Shown: positions 46,629 to 56,346 of the stretch, one piece after another
Numbering within the stretch: the first letter of the stretch is position 1
Layout of the letters: the number at the start of each line of letters is the position of its first letter
Assembly (NCBI GenBank): GCA_963768285.1
Contig: CAVYHI010000017.1
Location: forward strand, 75,132 to 139,131
Length of the DNA stretch: 64,000 nt
Source of the DNA: an uncultured Thermoleophilia bacterium
GTDB lineage: Bacteria; Actinomycetota; Thermoleophilia; Miltoncostaeales; Miltoncostaeaceae
Direction: 5' to 3'
The notes under the pieces: model-generated
Told to the model about the DNA's origin: nothing
What the model saw: only the letters and a program-made list of their open reading frames with translations
Database searches by the model: none
Made by a program: the position numbers and the translations under genes

Positions 46629-48280
46629 ATGAGCGATCAGACTCAGCGTGTCCCAGACGGCGCGCCCGTCACGACGCCTCCTGTCCTGGATTCGGCGCAC
46701 ATCGGGGACATCCGGGGCGCGTTCGGGACGATCGGCCAGCACGAGCTGGGGCGCAGCGGCCTGCGGGGGCGCCTGCTGGCGCTACTGGCGGTGATCGGCC
46801 CGGGCCTCATCGTGATGGTCGGCGACAACGACGCCGGCGGCGTCGCCACCTACGCTCAGGCCGGCCAGAACTACGGCACGAGCCTGCTGTGGGTGCTGCT
46901 GCTGCTGATCCCGGTGCTGATCGTCAACCAGGAGATGGTGGTCCGCCTCGGCGCGGTGACCGGCGTCGGCCACGCCCGGCTGATCTTCGAGCGCTTCGGC
47001 AGGTTCTGGGGCGCGTTCTCGGTCGGCGACCTGTTCCTGCTGAACTTCCTGACGATCGTCACCGAGTTCATCGGCGTGAGCCTGGCGCTCGGCTACTTCG
47101 GCGTGAGCACGTACATCTCGGTGCCGATCGCCGCGCGTGCTGCTGGTCGCGATCACCGCGACGGGCAGCTTCCGCCGCTGGGAGCGGTTCATGTTCGTGT
47201 TCGTGGTCGCCAACTTCCTCGTGATCCCGCTGCTGATCCTCGCCCACCCCACGTGCGGCGACGGTCGCGCACCACACGCTTCGTCCCGGGCATCCACGGC
47301 GGGGCCAGCTCGACGGCGGTGCTGCTGATCATCGCGATCGTCGGCACGACGGTCGCGCCCTGGCAGCTGTTCTTCCAGCAGTCGAACATCATCGACAAGC
47401 GGATCACGCCGCGCTGGATCAACTACGAGCGCGCCGACACGGTGATCGGCTCGTTCGTCGTGGTGGTCGGCGCCGGCGCGCTGATCGCGATCAGCGCCGT
47501 TCGCCTTCGGCGGCACGCCCGACTTGCGGCCACTTCACCGACGCCGGCGGCGGTCGCGCGCGCGGCTGCGCACGACCATCTGGGCGCGACGGCCGGCGCG
47601 CTGTTCGCGATCGTGCTGCTCAACGCGTCGCTGATCGGCGCCGCCGCGGTGACGCTGGCGACCTCCTACGCCTTCGGCGACATGTTCGGCAGCCAAGCCA
47701 CTCGCTGCACCGCGGCATGCGCGACGCGAAGCGGTTCTACGCGAGCTTCGCCGGCATGGTGGTCGCTGGCGGCCGGCGATCGTGCTGATCCCCGGCGCGC
47801 CGCTCGGCCTGATCACGACCGCGGTGCAGGCGCTGGCGGGCGTGCTGCTGCCGAGCGCGACGCGTGTTCCTGCTGCTGCTCTGCAACGACCGCGAGGTGC
47901 TCGGCCCGTGGGTGAACCGGGCGTGGCTGAACGCCCTGGCGAGCGTCATCATGGGCGTGCTGCTGATGCTCTCGCTGATCCTGATGGTCAGGACGCTGTT
48001 CCCGGGCGTGAACGTGCCGCGCCTGACGCTCGAGCTGGCGATCGTCCTCGGGATCGGCCTGATCGGCTTCGCGATCGCGATCGTCGTCAGCCAGCGCCGC
48101 CTCGAGGCGGCGGCGCCCCGCGGACCCGAGCCGCCGCGCAGCGTGGACGATGCCCCAGGCCGCCCTGCTCACACGACCGACGCTCACGCTGCCGGTGCGG
48201 CTGGCATGCTGGTGCTGCGCTCCTACCTGGTCGTCGCGGTGCTGCTGCTGATCATCAAGGCGATCGAGCTGGCCAACTAA
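46629..48280 (+). pseudogene. NRAMP-fold transporter of the NRMT-like (Mg2+-type) clade, at least 5 frame breaks
   Basis: TM1 reads VGDNDAGGVATYAQAG (canonical is DPGN). TM6 reads VGTTVAPWQLFFQQS (canonical is MPH). Pieces lie in ORFs 46629-47915, 47137-47328 and 47864-48280 and in unlisted frames. Confidence 0.75.
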
Positions 48281-48376
48281 GCCCGGGGCCGCCGGGCGCC
48301 ACAGGTATCCTGGTGCCCGGTCGCCGCCTCGCGATCCCGCCGCGGCGCCACCGGCCACCCGCCAGGAAGGCGTCCC

Positions 48377-49267
48377 GTGAGCGATCGGCATGAGTTCGTC
48401 CGCAACATCATCGCCCCGCTGCGCGTGCACCCTGGCCATAGGGTCCGTCTCGGCGAGGATTGGGACCCGTCGGACACGTTCGGGCTCCTCACCAGGGAGA
48501 CCGCCGGGGAGCGCCTGGCGGAGGGTGTCCAGCTCCTGGAGGAGTACCAGCAGCGGCTGGCGGCGCAGAGCGTCTATGCGGTGCTGCTGATCATCCAGGG
48601 CATCGACGCCGCGGGCAAGGACGGCACGATCAAGCACGTCATGAGCGGCGTGAACCCGCAGGGCGTGGACGTCCACGCCTTCAAGGTGCCGTCGGCGGAT
48701 GACCTGACCACGACTACCTCTGGCGCTACCAGTGACCTGCCGGCCCGCGGCCGCATCGGGATCTTCAACCGCTCCTACTATGAGGAGGTGGCGTGGTGCG
48801 GGTGCACCCGGACATCCTCGCCAACGAGCAGGTGCCCGACGCCGGGCGCGGCACCGCCTCTGGGAGCGCCGCTACCGCGAGATCAACGACTGGGAGCGCT
48901 ACCTCACCGACAACGGCATCCACGTGGTCAAGGTCTTCCTGCACGTCTCCCATGACGAGCAGCGCCAGCGCCTGCTGGCCCGGATCGACGTCCGACCAGC
49001 AACTGGAAGTTCGCGCCCGCGGATCTCGCCGAGCGCCAGCACTGGGGCGAGTACCAGATGGCGTTCTCCGAGATGCTCAGCAACACGAGCACCGAGTGGG
49101 CGCCCTGGTACGTCGTGCCCGCCAACCACAAGTGGTTCGCGCGCGCGGCCGCCGCGAGCATCCTGGTCCACGCGCTGCAGTCGATCGACCCGCAGTACCC
49201 GCAGCTCGGCGTCGCCGCGCGCGCCCTGATGGCCGACGCACGGCGCGAGCTGGCGGACGGCGTCTAG
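48377..49267 (+). pseudogene. ppk2: polyphosphate kinase 2 (PPK2) family protein, at least 5 frame breaks
   Basis: IIQGIDAAGKDGTIKHV, RIGIFNRSYYEEV, VRVHPDIL, WERRYREINDWERYLTDNGIHVVKVFLHVSHDEQRQRLLARID and EWAPWYVVPANHKWFAR are distributed over three frames. Confidence 0.8.
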
Positions 49268-49294
49268 GCCGCCCGCCGGCCCGGGATCGCCCCG

Positions 49295-49624
49295 CTAGAG
49301 GCTCAGCCCGCGCTGCTGCCGCCGCTGCTGCTGGGGTCTGTGCTCGGCGGCGGCTCCCGCCGCTGGCCCCACCAGCCCCGGGGCGCCGGTGCTCCCCGAC
49401 CGACCCATGCAGTGGCCACCCGATCCGCTGGGCCCGTACGACGACAGAATGCCGCCGCCCGGTGCGCCCGAGTTGCCGCCCTCGTGCCACCGCTGACCGC
49501 CGTAGGAGTGGTGGCCACCGTCCCGCCCGCCGTGCCCACCACCGCAGGCCATCGCGGCCGGCACGCCGGCGATCCCCATCACCAGTACCGCGGCGGTGCT
49601 TACGCGCACCAGCTGTGCCTTCAC
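49295..49624 (-). CDS. small secreted Gly/His-rich protein
   Basis: GTG 49624 is preceded by GGGGGAG. Signal VKAQLVRVSTAAVLVMGIAGVPAAMA, then CGGGHGGRDGGHHSYGGQRWHEGGNSGAPGGG...GGHCMG. Confidence 0.45.
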   Translation of the reverse strand: MKAQLVRVSTAAVLVMGIAGVPAAMACGGGHGGRDGGHHSYGGQRWHEGGNSGAPGGGILSSYGPSGSGGHCMGRSGSTGAPGLVGPAAGAAAEHRPQQQRRQQRGLSL

Positions 49625-49815
49625 CGTACTCCCCCTTGATGCTTGACACCCCGTCACGGGCTAGGCCCGTGTGTGCTGCATCGGCAGGTCCGCGCGAAAG
49701 GTCAACCCCCGCCGACCACCCCACAGACCCGGCGCGGTCAGACAAGGAGATCGCCCATGGCATCGGGAATTGACAACTGCATCTCCCGTCGACCGACCGC
49801 AAGGAGCTCCGACCC

Positions 49816-50394
49816 GTGACAACCGCAAGCCCAATGCCCTCCTCGGACGACGTGCTCGCCTACGAGTTCGTCGCGGCGATGCGCCGTCTGTGGTGGGTCC
49901 CCCTGATCTTCGGGATCTTCTGGGTCATTTTCTCGCTGGTGGTGTTCCGCTTCGACGTCCATTCGGTCAACGCCGTCGGCATCCTGGTCGGCGTCGTCTT
50001 CCTAATCGCCGGCATCGAGGAACTGCTCGCGGCCGGCGTCGTGCGCGGCGGCTGGCGCTGGTTCCACGCGATCCTCGGGGTCGCCCTGTTCGTCGGCGCG
50101 ATCCTGTCCTTCGTCAACCCGGGCGGCACGTTCCTCGCCCTGGCGGAGATCGTCGGCTGGCTGCTGCTGATCAAGGGGCTGTTCGACATCATCCTCGCGC
50201 TCGCCAATCGCGACCTCGAGCTGTGGTGGGGGCGCCTCGTGCTCGGCTTCATCGAGCTCGCGCTGGCGTTCCTCGTCTCCGGCGATCTCAACAAGAAGGC
50301 CATCTTCGTGCTGATCTTCGTGGGCGCCACCGCGATGCTGCGCGGCGTCGCACTGATCCTGACGGCCTTCCAGCTGCGCTCGCTGGACCACTAG
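49816..50394 (+). CDS. HdeD/DUF308 family membrane protein
   Basis: Intact 192 aa with six short helices of repeated GxxxG-rich pattern (LIFGIFWVIFSLVVF, GILVGVVFLIAGIEELL...). AAGGAG lies upstream of the GTG start. Confidence 0.7.
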   Translation: MTTASPMPSSDDVLAYEFVAAMRRLWWVPLIFGIFWVIFSLVVFRFDVHSVNAVGILVGVVFLIAGIEELLAAGVVRGGWRWFHAILGVALFVGAILSFVNPGGTFLALAEIVGWLLLIKGLFDIILALANRDLELWWGRLVLGFIELALAFLVSGDLNKKAIFVLIFVGATAMLRGVALILTAFQLRSLDH

Positions 50395-50454
50395 CCCGGC
50401 CGATGCGGTGCGGCCCGGCGGCCGCACCGCGTCGGCCGCCGCGGAGCCGCTCCG

Positions 50455-50901
50455 ATGATCCGACCGTCCATCGAATGCTGGCTTGCGCGCCGCACGCCCG
50501 CGGGCCCGGTCGTGCTGATGCTGCACGCGCCCAATGTGCCTGGCAAGCATCCGCCGCTGTGGCAGCCGGTCTCGGGCGGCATCGAGCCCGGCGAGAGCGC
50601 GCGCGCGGCCTGCCGCCGCGAGGTCCTGGAGGAGACCGGGCTCGACGTCGCCGCAGACGCCCTGACCTGCGTGATCGATCAGATCACGATCGACGCGCGC
50701 CCCGGGCTGACGCTCGACAAGACGGTCTTCGCGGCCGTCGCGCCGGACGGGGACATCCGCATCGATATCCGCGAGCACGACGGGCATGCATGGGTCGCGG
50801 CCGGCGAGGTCGGCGGTCGGCTGCTCTGGGAGAGCCACCGGACCACGTGGGCCCGGGTCGCACCTGTCATCGCGCGGCTGGCCGGGCCGCCGGGGGCCTG
50901 A
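50455..50901 (+). CDS. NUDIX hydrolase
   Basis: Nudix box GGIEPGESARAACRREVLEETGL. Confidence 0.85.
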   Translation: MIRPSIECWLARRTPAGPVVLMLHAPNVPGKHPPLWQPVSGGIEPGESARAACRREVLEETGLDVAADALTCVIDQITIDARPGLTLDKTVFAAVAPDGDIRIDIREHDGHAWVAAGEVGGRLLWESHRTTWARVAPVIARLAGPPGA

Positions 50902-51554
50902 CCCGCGCCGACGGACACCAACCGGTGAAGATGCACTCGGCGCACCGCGGCGCGCGGGCGGTGCACACCTTCCGGCCGTGGTAGATCAGCCGCATTGACG
51001 TGTCGCTCCAGTCGCGGCGCGGCCACAGCGCGGCCAGATCGCGCTCCACGCGCACCGGGTCGGTCTGCTTCGGTGAGCCCGAGCCGCCGCGACAGGCGCA
51101 GCACGTGTGTGTCGACCGCGATCCCGGGGGTCCGAAACCCATGGCCGAGGATGACGTTGGCGGTCTTCCGCCCGACCCCGGGCAGGCTCACCAGGTCCTC
51201 CATGCGGCGCGGAACCTCGCCGCCGAACCGCCTCTGGATTGCGTCCGCCATCGCGATCAGGTTGCGTGCCTTGGCCCGGAAGAAGCCGGTCGAGTAGATC
51301 AGCCGCTCAAGCTCCTGCGGATCCGCGGTGGCCATCGCCGCGGCGTCAGGCGCATAGGCGAACAGGGCCGGCGTGACGAGGTTGACGCGGGCGTCGGTGC
51401 ACTGGGCCGAGAGGATGGTCGCCACCAAGAGTTGGAATGGCGAGCCGTGATCCAGCGGCACGACGATGTCCGGGTACGCCTCGCGCAGGCCCGCGGCCAC
51501 CACTCGAGCGCGACCGCGCGGCGTGCGCGGTCGCCGCACGGCGGCCGAGCTCAT
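50867..51554 (-). pseudogene. nth: endonuclease III (Nth), one frame break near 51075
   Basis: LVATILSAQCTD and LPGVGRKTANV (in ORF 50679-51911). The Fe-S tail CTARAPRCAECIFTGWC is in ORF 50867-51142. Confidence 0.85.
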
Positions 51555-51911
51555 GCGGCATCCGGCGCGTCGTCGATACCCAGCGCCCGGTGCAGCCGCT
51601 GGGCAACCGGATGCCATCGACGACCGCGGCCCGTGCCTCGTCCGGCGTCCGGCGCGGCGCGGCCAACCAGCCCTCGAACCAGCGCCGGGCCCGGTCGTGG
51701 TCGGCGGCGGCCCCGCCCACCCGCGCGGCGAAGACATAGGTCCGCGCGAACTCGAGCGCCTGCCGCGACGGGTCCTCGGCGGCCACCAGCGCGGCCATCC
51801 TGGCGGGCACCGATGCCGGCGGGGTTCGGGCGTGAGCTCGCGCGCCAGCGCCTGCAGCCCGGCCAAGGCGGCGCGATGCGCCGCAACCAGCGCCTGCTGG
51901 TCGTCACTCAC
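51551..51911 (-). pseudogene. small helical hypothetical protein, about 2 frame breaks
   Basis: The GTG 51911 start overlaps the upstream stop (GTGA). The pieces MSDDQQALVAAHRAALAGLQALAREL / MAALVAAEDPSRQALEFARTYVFAARVGG...RWFEGWLAAP / HPVAQRLHRALGIDDAPDAA lie in three frames. The stop overlaps the nth ATG (ATGA). Confidence 0.4.
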
Positions 51912-52688
51912 CCCTGGACCTCATAGCGGACAAACAGGAACACCGTCGGCCTCGAGCAGGGCGGCAATCATCAGGCGCCGCGGCGGAACCAGCAGCGCGC
52001 CAGGCAACACCCGCTGGGCGCCGCCGGCCACCAGCAGCGGCGAGATCGCGACGCAGACCTCATCGAGCAGATCGGCCTGCGCCAGTTGGGCGAACAGGCC
52101 GGGGCCGCCTTCGCAGAGCACGCTGTCATGCCCGGCGCGCGCCAACTCGGCGAGCACGTCCTCGAGTGCCACCGCCCCGGTCCCGGCCACGATCAGGGAG
52201 CCGGCCGCGCGCGCGGCGTCGCGCGCCTGCTCGGGTGCGTCGGTCGGCGCGGCGACGACGGTCGGCGCCTCGGCGTCGGTGAACAGGGCGCTCGACCAGT
52301 CGAGCTCGAGCGACCGCGAGACGACCACGATGGGCGCAACCGGCGCCTGGCCGCGGGCGATCCGTGCCGCGCGTACGCCCGGCCGCGGGCGCATCGGCCC
52401 GTAGTTGTCGGCACGCGCAGTGCCGGCGCCGACCATGATCGCGTCGGCGATTCCCCGCAAGGCGTGGAAGACCTCCCGATCGGCCGGGCCGGACAGGCCC
52501 TTGGACTCGCCCGCGATCGCCGTGGCGCCGTCGACGCTCTCGACGACGTTGATCATCACCCACGGGCGGTCGCCGCGGGCGACGCGCCGGGCACCGACAA
52601 AACCGGCGACAGGCCCTGCCGGGTGTGCATCGCCGATCAGAAGCCGGTATGTCGGCGGCGCGGCCGGCTGTTGGTCGGCGCTGGTCAT
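51908..52688 (-). pseudogene. RibD C-terminal-domain (pyrimidine/dihydrofolate reductase-like) protein, frame break near 51945
   Basis: PWVMINVVESVDGATAIAG, FHALRGIADAIMVGAGT, VLCEGGPGLFAQL. A one-base shift restores the typical tail DG.FLFVRYEVQG-stop at 51908-51910. Confidence 0.7.
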
Positions 52689-53449
52689 CACCGCTGGCCC
52701 GCGGCGCGTTCGTGCCCATCGTGCAGGTCGGCGAAGATCTCGCACACCTCCTCGGGGCTGTCGAGGACGTGCATCAGCTTCAGATCCTCGGAGTCAACCA
52801 GGCCATCACCGAGCAGCCGCCTGCGCATCCAGCCGATGAGGTCGTCCCAAAACTCGCTGCCGACGAGCACAGCGGGAAGCCACGGGTCTTGCCCGTCTGG
52901 ATGAGCGTCAGCGCCTCGAACAGCTCGTCCATCGTCCCGAAGCCGCCCGGGAAGACGACGAACCCTCCGAGTACTTGACGAACATGGTCTTGCGGACGAA
53001 GAAGTAGCGGAAATCGCTGCCGAGGTCCACGTAGTCGTTGACTCCTGCTCATGCGGCAGCTCGATGCCGCAGCCGATCGACAGCGCCCCCGGCCTCGGGG
53101 CGCCGCGGTTGGCGGCCTCCATGATCCCGGGGCCGCCGCCGGTGATCACGCCGAGCCGGCCTCGGCCAGCCCCGCCCCACGCTCGCGCGCCCGCGTAGTC
53201 GGGATCGTCCGGTCGGCGCGCGCCGAGCCGAAGACGCTCACCGCGGGCCCGACCCCGGCCAGCGCGTCGAAGCCGTCGACGAACTCAGCCTGGATGCGCA
53301 GCACCCGCCACGGGTCGGTGTGGACGAAGTCGCTTCGGCTCGCGCTGGAGCAGGCGCTCGTCGGCAGTGCCGATCCGCTCCACGGCCTCGCCACGCACCT
53401 TCAGGCGCCCGCGGCGTCCGTTCTTGGACTTCGGGCCAGAATTCGCCAT
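52688..53449 (-). pseudogene. LOG-family (TIGR00730) nucleotide phosphoribohydrolase, at least 4 frame breaks
   Basis: ATG 53449 is preceded by GGAGGAA. DPWRVLRIQAEFVDGFDAL..VSVFGSARA, ITGGGPGIMEAANRGA and GFVVFPGGFGTMDELFEALTLIQTGK are found in alternating frames. Confidence 0.8.
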
Positions 53450-53550
53450 GGTTCCTCCGGGTCTCAGGACGTGTGCGCCGGCACAGTCCATCACATCGCC
53501 TGGCCCGTGCCTCGGGCAACGTGCCGTGGTGACCAGCAGAATGCAGGTCG

Positions 53551-54018
53551 ATGTCCCGAACCGGGATCTTCCCCAAGGACGAGCAGTTCATGCGGCTGGC
53601 GCTGCGGGAAGCCGTTGCCGCCGGCGAGCACGGCGACGTGCCGGTGGGCGCGGTCGTCGTCAGCGACGGTGAGGTCGTCGGCACCGGCCGCAACGAGCGC
53701 GAGCTGCGCGGCGATCCGACCGCGCACGCGGAGCTCTTGGCGCTGCGTGCTGCCGCGCTGACCCTCGGCGGCTGGCGCCTTCCCGGAGCGGTCCTGTACG
53801 TGACCCTCGAGCCGTGCCCGATGTGTGCCGGCGCAATCCAGCAGGCCCGGATCGCACGCACCGTCTACGGGGCCCCGGACCAGAAGCTCGGGGCAGCCGG
53901 TAGCGTCATCAACATCCTCGCTGACCCGCGCCTGCTGCACCGGGTCGAGGTCCAGGGCGGCGTCCTGGCGAGCGAGTCGCTGGCCGTGCTGCAGCGGTTC
54001 TTCGACGAGCGCCGTTAG
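53551..54018 (+). CDS. tadA: tRNA adenosine(34) deaminase TadA
   Basis: HAELLALR and LEPCPMCAGA motifs. Intact 155 aa. Confidence 0.9.
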   Translation: MSRTGIFPKDEQFMRLALREAVAAGEHGDVPVGAVVVSDGEVVGTGRNERELRGDPTAHAELLALRAAALTLGGWRLPGAVLYVTLEPCPMCAGAIQQARIARTVYGAPDQKLGAAGSVINILADPRLLHRVEVQGGVLASESLAVLQRFFDERR

Positions 54019-54096
54019 CCGGACCGTCGCCACCGGCGAGTATGCCGCCGGTCCGCGCTGGCCATGCACGGCGGGTGCGGACCGGCCGCCGGAAAG

Positions 54097-54185
54097 CGGA
54101 GGAGGGGGGATTTGAACCCCCGTCGGACCCTAAAGCCCGAAACGGTTTTCGAGACCGCCGCATTCGACCGCTCTGCCACCCCTCC
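54097..54185 (-). tRNA. tRNA-Ser (anticodon CGA)
   Basis: Reverse complement GGAGGGGTGGCAGAGCGGTCGAATGCGGCGGTCTCGAAAACCG...CGGGGGTTCAAATCCCCCCTCCTCCG. Class II fold with one G-U pair in the acceptor stem. Confidence 0.85.
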
Positions 54186-54227
54186 GCGCGGGACGCTACC
54201 ACGCCGCCCGCGGGCCCGCGGCCGGCG

Positions 54228-54728
54228 TCAGGCGCTGCCCAGAAGGATCCCGACCGCGACGATCACGATCCCGCCGAGGGCCACCTGCAGGAACGACATC
54301 CGAAGCGACACGAACAGGAACCGCTTGCGGATCCACGAGATCACCAGCAGCTCGACGGCGACGACGGTCACCGCAACAAGCAGCGCAGTGTGGACATCGC
54401 TGATCAGAAACGGCAGCGAGTGCAGCGTCCCACCCAGCGTGGTCATGACCCCGGTGACGATGCCACGGATGACCCCGGACCCGCGTCCGGTCTGCGCCCC
54501 GGTGTCGGAGAGCCCCTCGGACAGGCCCATGCTGATCCCCGCGCCGACGGCGGTGGCCAGGCCGACGAACAACGCGGCATGCGATCCCGCCAGCACCGCG
54601 GCCGCGAAGATTGGCGCCAGCGTCGACAGGGTCCCGTCGATCAAGCCGACGAGCCCCGGCTGGATGTACTGCAGCATCAGTTGCTGGTCATCGAGCTCCC
54701 GGAAGTGGGCGCGTATCCCGCCGGTCAT
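54228..54728 (-). CDS. VIT1/CCC1-family iron/manganese transporter (short form)
   Basis: 166 aa with GLIDGTLSTLAPIFA and GISMGLSEGLS, and hydrophobic C-terminal helices. Confidence 0.65.
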   Translation of the reverse strand: MTGGIRAHFRELDDQQLMLQYIQPGLVGLIDGTLSTLAPIFAAAVLAGSHAALFVGLATAVGAGISMGLSEGLSDTGAQTGRGSGVIRGIVTGVMTTLGGTLHSLPFLISDVHTALLVAVTVVAVELLVISWIRKRFLFVSLRMSFLQVALGGIVIVAVGILLGSA

Positions 54729-54831
54729 GCGCCGACGCTACCAAAGCCCTGGGCGGCTCGCGGCCGTCCCGGCGACGCCCGGCGGCCCGGACGGGCCCCG
54801 CAGGACGGCGCTAGTATCGGCGCGCTCGACG

Positions 54832-54921
54832 GGAGAGGTGTCCGAGCGGCCGAAGGAGCGCGACTGGAAATCGCGTAGGTGGGCATTCCCTGCCTCGAGG
54901 GTTCAAATCCCTCCCTCTCCG
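54832..54921 (+). tRNA. tRNA-Ser (anticodon GGA)
   Basis: GGAGAGGTGTCCGAGCGGCCGAAGGAGCGCGACTGGAAATCGCG...GAGGGTTCAAATCCCTCCCTCTCCG. Confidence 0.9.
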
Positions 54922-54935
54922 TGAGTGTGCATGGC

Positions 54936-54977
54936 ACGACGACGCCCCCCGGCAAGGTCGCCGGGGGGCGTCGTCGT
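54936..54977 (+). terminator. 18-bp perfect-stem hairpin after tRNA-Ser(GGA), with no T-run
   Basis: ACGACGACGCCCCCCGGC-aaggtc-GCCGGGGGGCGTCGTCGT. Confidence 0.5.
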
Positions 54978-55005
54978 CTCCGCGATGCGCGGCGATGCGG
55001 GAAAG

Positions 55006-55034
55006 TTGACTGGAAATATCACAATCACTATGGT
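55006..55034 (+). promoter_or_regulatory. candidate housekeeping-sigma promoter: TTGACT-17 nt-TATGGT
   Basis: Hexamers at 55006-55011 and 55029-55034 in a locally AT-rich patch, 79 nt upstream of the rhodanese ATG. Confidence 0.45.
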
Positions 55035-55112
55035 ATTTACCTGAATACGCCGTCCCGCGGTATCGCTGGCGGGCGGGACATCCACTCACCCGCACCCCTT
55101 CCGGAGGACCAT

Positions 55113-55949
55113 ATGAGCCGTAGTGAAGCGCTCGTCAGCACCGAGTGGCTGGCCGAGAACGCCGAGAACGCCGACACCCGCATCATCGAGGTCGACGAGG
55201 ACACCGATGCGTACGGCGTCAGCCATATCCCGGGATCGATCGCCTGGCACTGGAGCGATGACCTGCACGACCGGCCCCGGCGCGAGTTGATCTCCCGCGA
55301 GCAGGTCGCCGACTTGCTGGCCAAGTCCGGCGTCGGCCCAAATACGACCGTCGTCCTCTACGGCGGCAACAACAACTGGTTCGCCGCCTACGGCTACTGG
55401 ACGCTCAAGTACCGCGGCTTCGACCGCGTCAAGCTGGTCGACGGCGGCCGCAAGAAGTGGGAGGCCGAGAATCGGCCGCAGACGACGGAGATCCCCGACA
55501 TCGCCCCGGCCGACCCGGGGCAGCTCGGACCGGAGCGGCCCGAGCTGCGGGCATTCCGCGACGACGTGCTGAAGTCCCTCAACGACACGGACCAGGCCCG
55601 CGTCGACGTGCGCAGCCCGGCCGAGTACACCGGTGAGCTGGTCGCCCCGCCACACCTGCCGCAAGAGCAGGCCCAGGTCCCCGGACACATCCCGGGCGCC
55701 GCGAACGTGCCGTGGGCGCTGGCGGCCCGCGAGGACGGCTCGTTCAAGAGCGACGACGAGCTCCGCAAGCTCTACGGCGACGTCGACGTGACAGCCGACA
55801 AGCAGGTCACCGCGTACTGCCGCATCGGGGAGCGGAGCTCGCACACCTGGTTCGTGCTCCACGAGCTCCTGGAGTACCCGAATGTGCGCAACTACGACGG
55901 CTCCTGGACCGAGTACGGCAGCCTGGTCGGCGTCCCGGTGGAGCGCTAG
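55113..55949 (+). CDS. thiosulfate sulfurtransferase (tandem rhodanese, SseA/CysA-type)
   Basis: ATG 55113 is preceded by GGAGGA. Active-site loop CRIGERSSH and tandem domains (HIPGSIAWHW, GHIPGAANVPW). Confidence 0.9.
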   Translation: MSRSEALVSTEWLAENAENADTRIIEVDEDTDAYGVSHIPGSIAWHWSDDLHDRPRRELISREQVADLLAKSGVGPNTTVVLYGGNNNWFAAYGYWTLKYRGFDRVKLVDGGRKKWEAENRPQTTEIPDIAPADPGQLGPERPELRAFRDDVLKSLNDTDQARVDVRSPAEYTGELVAPPHLPQEQAQVPGHIPGAANVPWALAAREDGSFKSDDELRKLYGDVDVTADKQVTAYCRIGERSSHTWFVLHELLEYPNVRNYDGSWTEYGSLVGVPVER

Positions 55950-56346
55950 CCGCCGGCGATGCGGATCGTGCCGGGGATGCGATGTACCACCATGCATTCC
56001 GCCCGCGCCACCGACGCGCGGCGGAATGCACCCACCGTGCGGTGTCCGGCGGCGCGCCAGGTGACGGGACCGCCGGCCCGATGACCCGCACGATCGCTCC
56101 CCGCGACGGGATGCTCGCCCCGTCGGCAGTCACGGCGCTGGAGCACAATCCCGCCGCGGGAAGCGCCGCCTCCCGGGCACCGGATGCGCCCTCGTTTCCC
56201 TGGCGCATCCGGACCGGCGCGCGACCGTGGCCTGACCCCTTCGGACGTTGCGCGGATGTCGTGCGTCTGCGCGTGCGTGGACGGGTCGCCGACATGTCAA
56301 GATCACAATCAGGACGGGGATCCGACCCCCGGAAGGCGAGTCATCC

